Shown here one piece after another: positions 57,664 through 59,869 of a stretch of 59,869 nucleotides of DNA. Made by a program: the position numbers and the translations under genes. Numbering within the stretch: the first letter of the stretch is position 1; each line of letters opens with the position of its first letter. The notes below the pieces were generated by a model. That model was not told the DNA's origin, ran no database searches, and saw only the letters and a list, made by a program, of their open reading frames with translations. The DNA comes from an uncultured Bacilli bacterium (GTDB taxonomy: Bacteria; Bacillota_I; Bacilli_A; RF39; UBA660): the NCBI GenBank assembly GCA_910589335.1, contig CAJUTW010000002.1:1-59869 (forward strand). Direction: 5' to 3'.

Positions 57664-58188
57664 TTAATCATCTGTTTCACAATATTGTTGTAAGTCTGTC
57701 CACATTTTAACTAAACAACTTTTTTTGATTTTTTGTAGGTAAGTTTTAGAAATACCAAGTATTTCTGAAATACTTTCTTCTGATTTATGAGTAAGAAAAG
57801 TATTTATAAGATATATAACTTCACTATTTGATAATTTATAACTAACCTTAATAATAGAATTATAAATATCAGTCATTAATAACTGTTTATCAACTTTTCT
57901 TTCAATGGCTTTTTCCACTTGACTTACATTATTTCTTTGATGAAAACTCTCATCTCTTTCATAAGTAGGTGTTACCTTAATAGATTCACCAATAGGAAAT
58001 TCATATAAATATCTAGCAGACTTAAACTTATTAATCAATTCTACAAGTTTATTTTTAATATCTGTAATATCATATTGATTGCATATTTTTTCATCTATAA
58101 GTTCGTTATATTCTTCGTTTGTTGCAGATGCACTTTTAATATAATCACTTATATTGATTAACTCATTTAGAGTAACAATTCCATCCAT
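57664..58188 (-). CDS. ArpU-like / sigma-70 region-4-like transcriptional regulator
   Basis: 174 aa. The C-terminal LSNSEVIYLINTFLTHKSEESISEILGISKTYLQKIKKSCLVKM is an r4-type HTH. SD AAGGAGG. Confidence 0.5.
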   Translation of the reverse strand: MDGIVTLNELINISDYIKSASATNEEYNELIDEKICNQYDITDIKNKLVELINKFKSARYLYEFPIGESIKVTPTYERDESFHQRNNVSQVEKAIERKVDKQLLMTDIYNSIIKVSYKLSNSEVIYLINTFLTHKSEESISEILGISKTYLQKIKKSCLVKMWTDLQQYCETDD

Positions 58189-58477
58189 TAAGGTAACCTC
58201 CTTTCAAACAAAAAGAGATTTTAAGGGCATAAAATACCACTAAAAAATCTCTTGATTCTTATTTAACAATTCATAGTTTGGAACTAATTTATTCCATAAG
58301 TTTTTTATAACCATAGAAACCACCCCAGAAATTGCTTTATATTTTAGTATCAAAAGCAAAGAAAGTCAATGCTTTTTAGTGAAGAATGGTAAAAATTGTT
58401 AAATAAATCAAAACAAGTTATCTCTTTGCAGAAATAACTCATTTTACTACATTATACACCCTTGACAGTTTCAAACA

Positions 58478-58600
58478 ATAAACTAAATTAACTTTTTTTC
58501 GTATTTGAAAAGTAAACTAAATTGATTTTAAATAGTAAACTAAATCGTATTCAAATCGTACGCAAAAAGTAAACTAAATCGTATTTGAATAGTAAACTAG
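58478..58600. repeat. Iteron array: five (A/G)TAAACTA(A/G) direct repeats with alternating 34/23-bp spacing
   Basis: Copies start at 58478, 58512, 58535, 58569 and 58592, which equals two 57-bp units plus one extra copy. CGTATT(T/C)(G/A)AA sub-repeats are interleaved. Confidence 0.75.
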
Positions 58601-59869
58601 TTTGTTTTTTCAATTAGTCGTTCAAGATAAGAAATCCCTTTATTTTCAAGCAAATACTCTAATATTTTATAATATAAAATGGCAAAGTATTTATTTTTGA
58701 AAGTCTTATCTAAAAGACTTCCTGCAACATCTCTGGTATCATCAAAAGAGATAAATACTTCATAAATATTTTTTTCTGGAATAAATTTTAAAAAGTTATA
58801 AAAAGTATATAAATCTTTATAATGAATATTTCCTTTTATATCTATCTTTTCTAAATTTTTGTCTACTGGGTTAGAATATCTTTTTAATTTTTTAGCAATA
58901 AATCTATATGTATAATCGTTACGAACTTCTATTTTTTCTACTTTATTTTTATGGTAATAGTGATTATGAATACCTTTAGCACATGAATAAAGTATTTCTA
59001 TTGCTAGGGCTTGATCTCGAATATCACCTTTACAGTCTTTATTATTTAAAAAGTTAGTTAAAAATATTTCTCTTGATAATTCATTATACCCTTGAAATTC
59101 TTTTTTCTCTTTTGTAGAGTACATATCACCAAGATGCATTTCTTTAAATGGCTCTTTATCTATAAGTGGGTTATTAAAGAAATATATATCAAAATGTTCT
59201 AAGCCACCAATTTGTTCTTCATCATCAGTACGATCACATATTTCTTTTGACTGATAACTATGTACTTGAATATTTAAAAGATGACCTATTTCTATGTTAA
59301 TTCTTTCATGTCTTATGCGACCATTTGATTTATAAAAATCTTTTGATTCGATCCAAGATCTTCTGGAAACTCCATTATGTAGTAAATTAAGGTTAGCAGT
59401 AGTAATGGTAAAACCATTTTTATTATAAAAAGTTAAAAGTCCATGATAATCTTTTTCTCCAAATTTATCAAAGGTAGGTTTACTATTTATTTCATAATAA
59501 TTAGGTATTTCTTGATTTTTAAAAAGTCTTTTATAATCTTCAATATTTAAAATATTTATTTCATCATTAGGGGTAAATACTTTTGAAAAGACTTCACCAC
59601 TAACAATACTTTTATTGCCACCTAAGGAATCGTTAATCTTAATAAAATCACTAAGTAAATCTATAAAGTGATAACCAGAGTGAAAAAGTTTGCCATACCC
59701 ATAACAGTAAGGATGATTTTCTTTTAACAGATCGTGGGGCATTTCCCAAGCACCATCACTATGGAATATATCAATATTAGTGATAGGCATTTGGTATTGA
59801 TCTACGGTATTTGTTAAAACTTCCTTTATTTTTTCATATCCTTTATGATATTGTCTTTGACACATAACC
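58597..59869 (-). CDS. Hypothetical protein, 5'-partial (runs off the window)
   Basis: The frame is still open at 59869. QRQYHKGYEKIKE and GKLFHSGYHFIDLL faintly recall the Gfo/Idh/MocA dimerisation region, but ~350 further residues are unassigned. Confidence 0.6.
   Translation of the reverse strand, partial: VMCQRQYHKGYEKIKEVLTNTVDQYQMPITNIDIFHSDGAWEMPHDLLKENHPYCYGYGKLFHSGYHFIDLLSDFIKINDSLGGNKSIVSGEVFSKVFTPNDEINILNIEDYKRLFKNQEIPNYYEINSKPTFDKFGEKDYHGLLTFYNKNGFTITTANLNLLHNGVSRRSWIESKDFYKSNGRIRHERINIEIGHLLNIQVHSYQSKEICDRTDDEEQIGGLEHFDIYFFNNPLIDKEPFKEMHLGDMYSTKEKKEFQGYNELSREIFLTNFLNNKDCKGDIRDQALAIEILYSCAKGIHNHYYHKNKVEKIEVRNDYTYRFIAKKLKRYSNPVDKNLEKIDIKGNIHYKDLYTFYNFLKFIPEKNIYEVFISFDDTRDVAGSLLDKTFKNKYFAILYYKILEYLLENKGISYLERLIEKTN

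Larger units (their letters stand above)
31725..59869. mobile_element. Integrative conjugative element (partial; right end beyond the window)
   Basis: A co-oriented block: serine recombinase, VirD4-type coupling protein, VirB4-like ATPase, VirB6-, VirB3- and VirB2-like proteins, M23 hydrolase, relaxase plus accessory genes, SSB, methyltransferase, sortase and adhesin. No capsid, tail or terminase genes. Confidence 0.75.

Noticed and set aside
58478-58600. Possible CRISPR array.
   Set aside because: There are only five ~10-bp repeats, with alternating 23/34-bp spacing. The intervening sequences are themselves repeated, and there are no cas genes. An iteron/operator array fits better.
22712-59869. 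Prophage interpretation of the mobile region, prompted by the ArpU-like regulator, RhuM, SSB, serine integrases and the methylase.
   Set aside because: There are no terminase, portal, capsid, tail or lysis genes anywhere in 37 kb. Instead there is a full T4SS/relaxase set, so an ICE plus an island is the better model.

Overview
The window is very AT-rich, low-GC Firmicutes-type DNA. Gene content looks Erysipelotrichia- or Clostridia-like, but the taxon cannot be proven from sequence alone. No homology search was run, so every family call rests on motifs I could read in the translations.

**Chromosomal backbone (1 to ~22.7 kb).** The minus strand carries the classic pcrA - ligA - (CamS slot) - gatCAB block, with two extra genes wedged between pcrA and ligA. 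Next come:
- a kinase-like protein and a membrane protein
- a sortase plus thioester-domain adhesin pair
- cell-envelope genes: two polytopic GT-C-like membrane proteins and an LCP ligase
- a frameshifted HAD phosphatase
- an NMT1/SsuA-type ABC importer

**Mobile DNA (22,711 to the right edge, at least 37 kb).** The importer permease ORF is cut off at 22,711. Every gene from there onward is on the minus strand. It appears to be two stacked serine-recombinase elements.
1. A ~9 kb island (22.7-31.7 kb) carries recombinase 1, a Shedu-like DUF4263 nuclease, RhuM, a DUF2000/SDR/cupin trio, an HTH Rep-like protein and a 0.9 kb ORF-free stretch full of mini promoter/terminator units.
2. An integrative conjugative element (31.7 to beyond 59.9 kb) carries recombinase 2, a VirD4-type coupling protein, a VirB4-like ATPase, VirB6-, VirB3- and VirB2-like membrane proteins, an M23 hydrolase, a relaxase with accessory genes and a coupled tyrosine recombinase, SSB, an orphan methyltransferase, its own sortase and thioester adhesin, and a two-component/ABC resistance-type cargo cassette. 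Its right end is not in the window.

**Most notable observations.**
- att-like half-sites sit at both recombinase-proximal junctions.
- Four mobile-element genes can only start at AUU/AUA, each 7 nt after GGAGG.
- A conserved 38/39-aa ORF lies in front of both recombinases.
- An ATGA-coupled start plus an A7 slippery run precedes the VirB4-like gene.
- A nested-hairpin, iteron-rich, oriT-like region lies upstream of the mob operon.
- A 23/34-bp-phased iteron array sits near the right edge.

No rRNA, tRNA or CRISPR array was seen.
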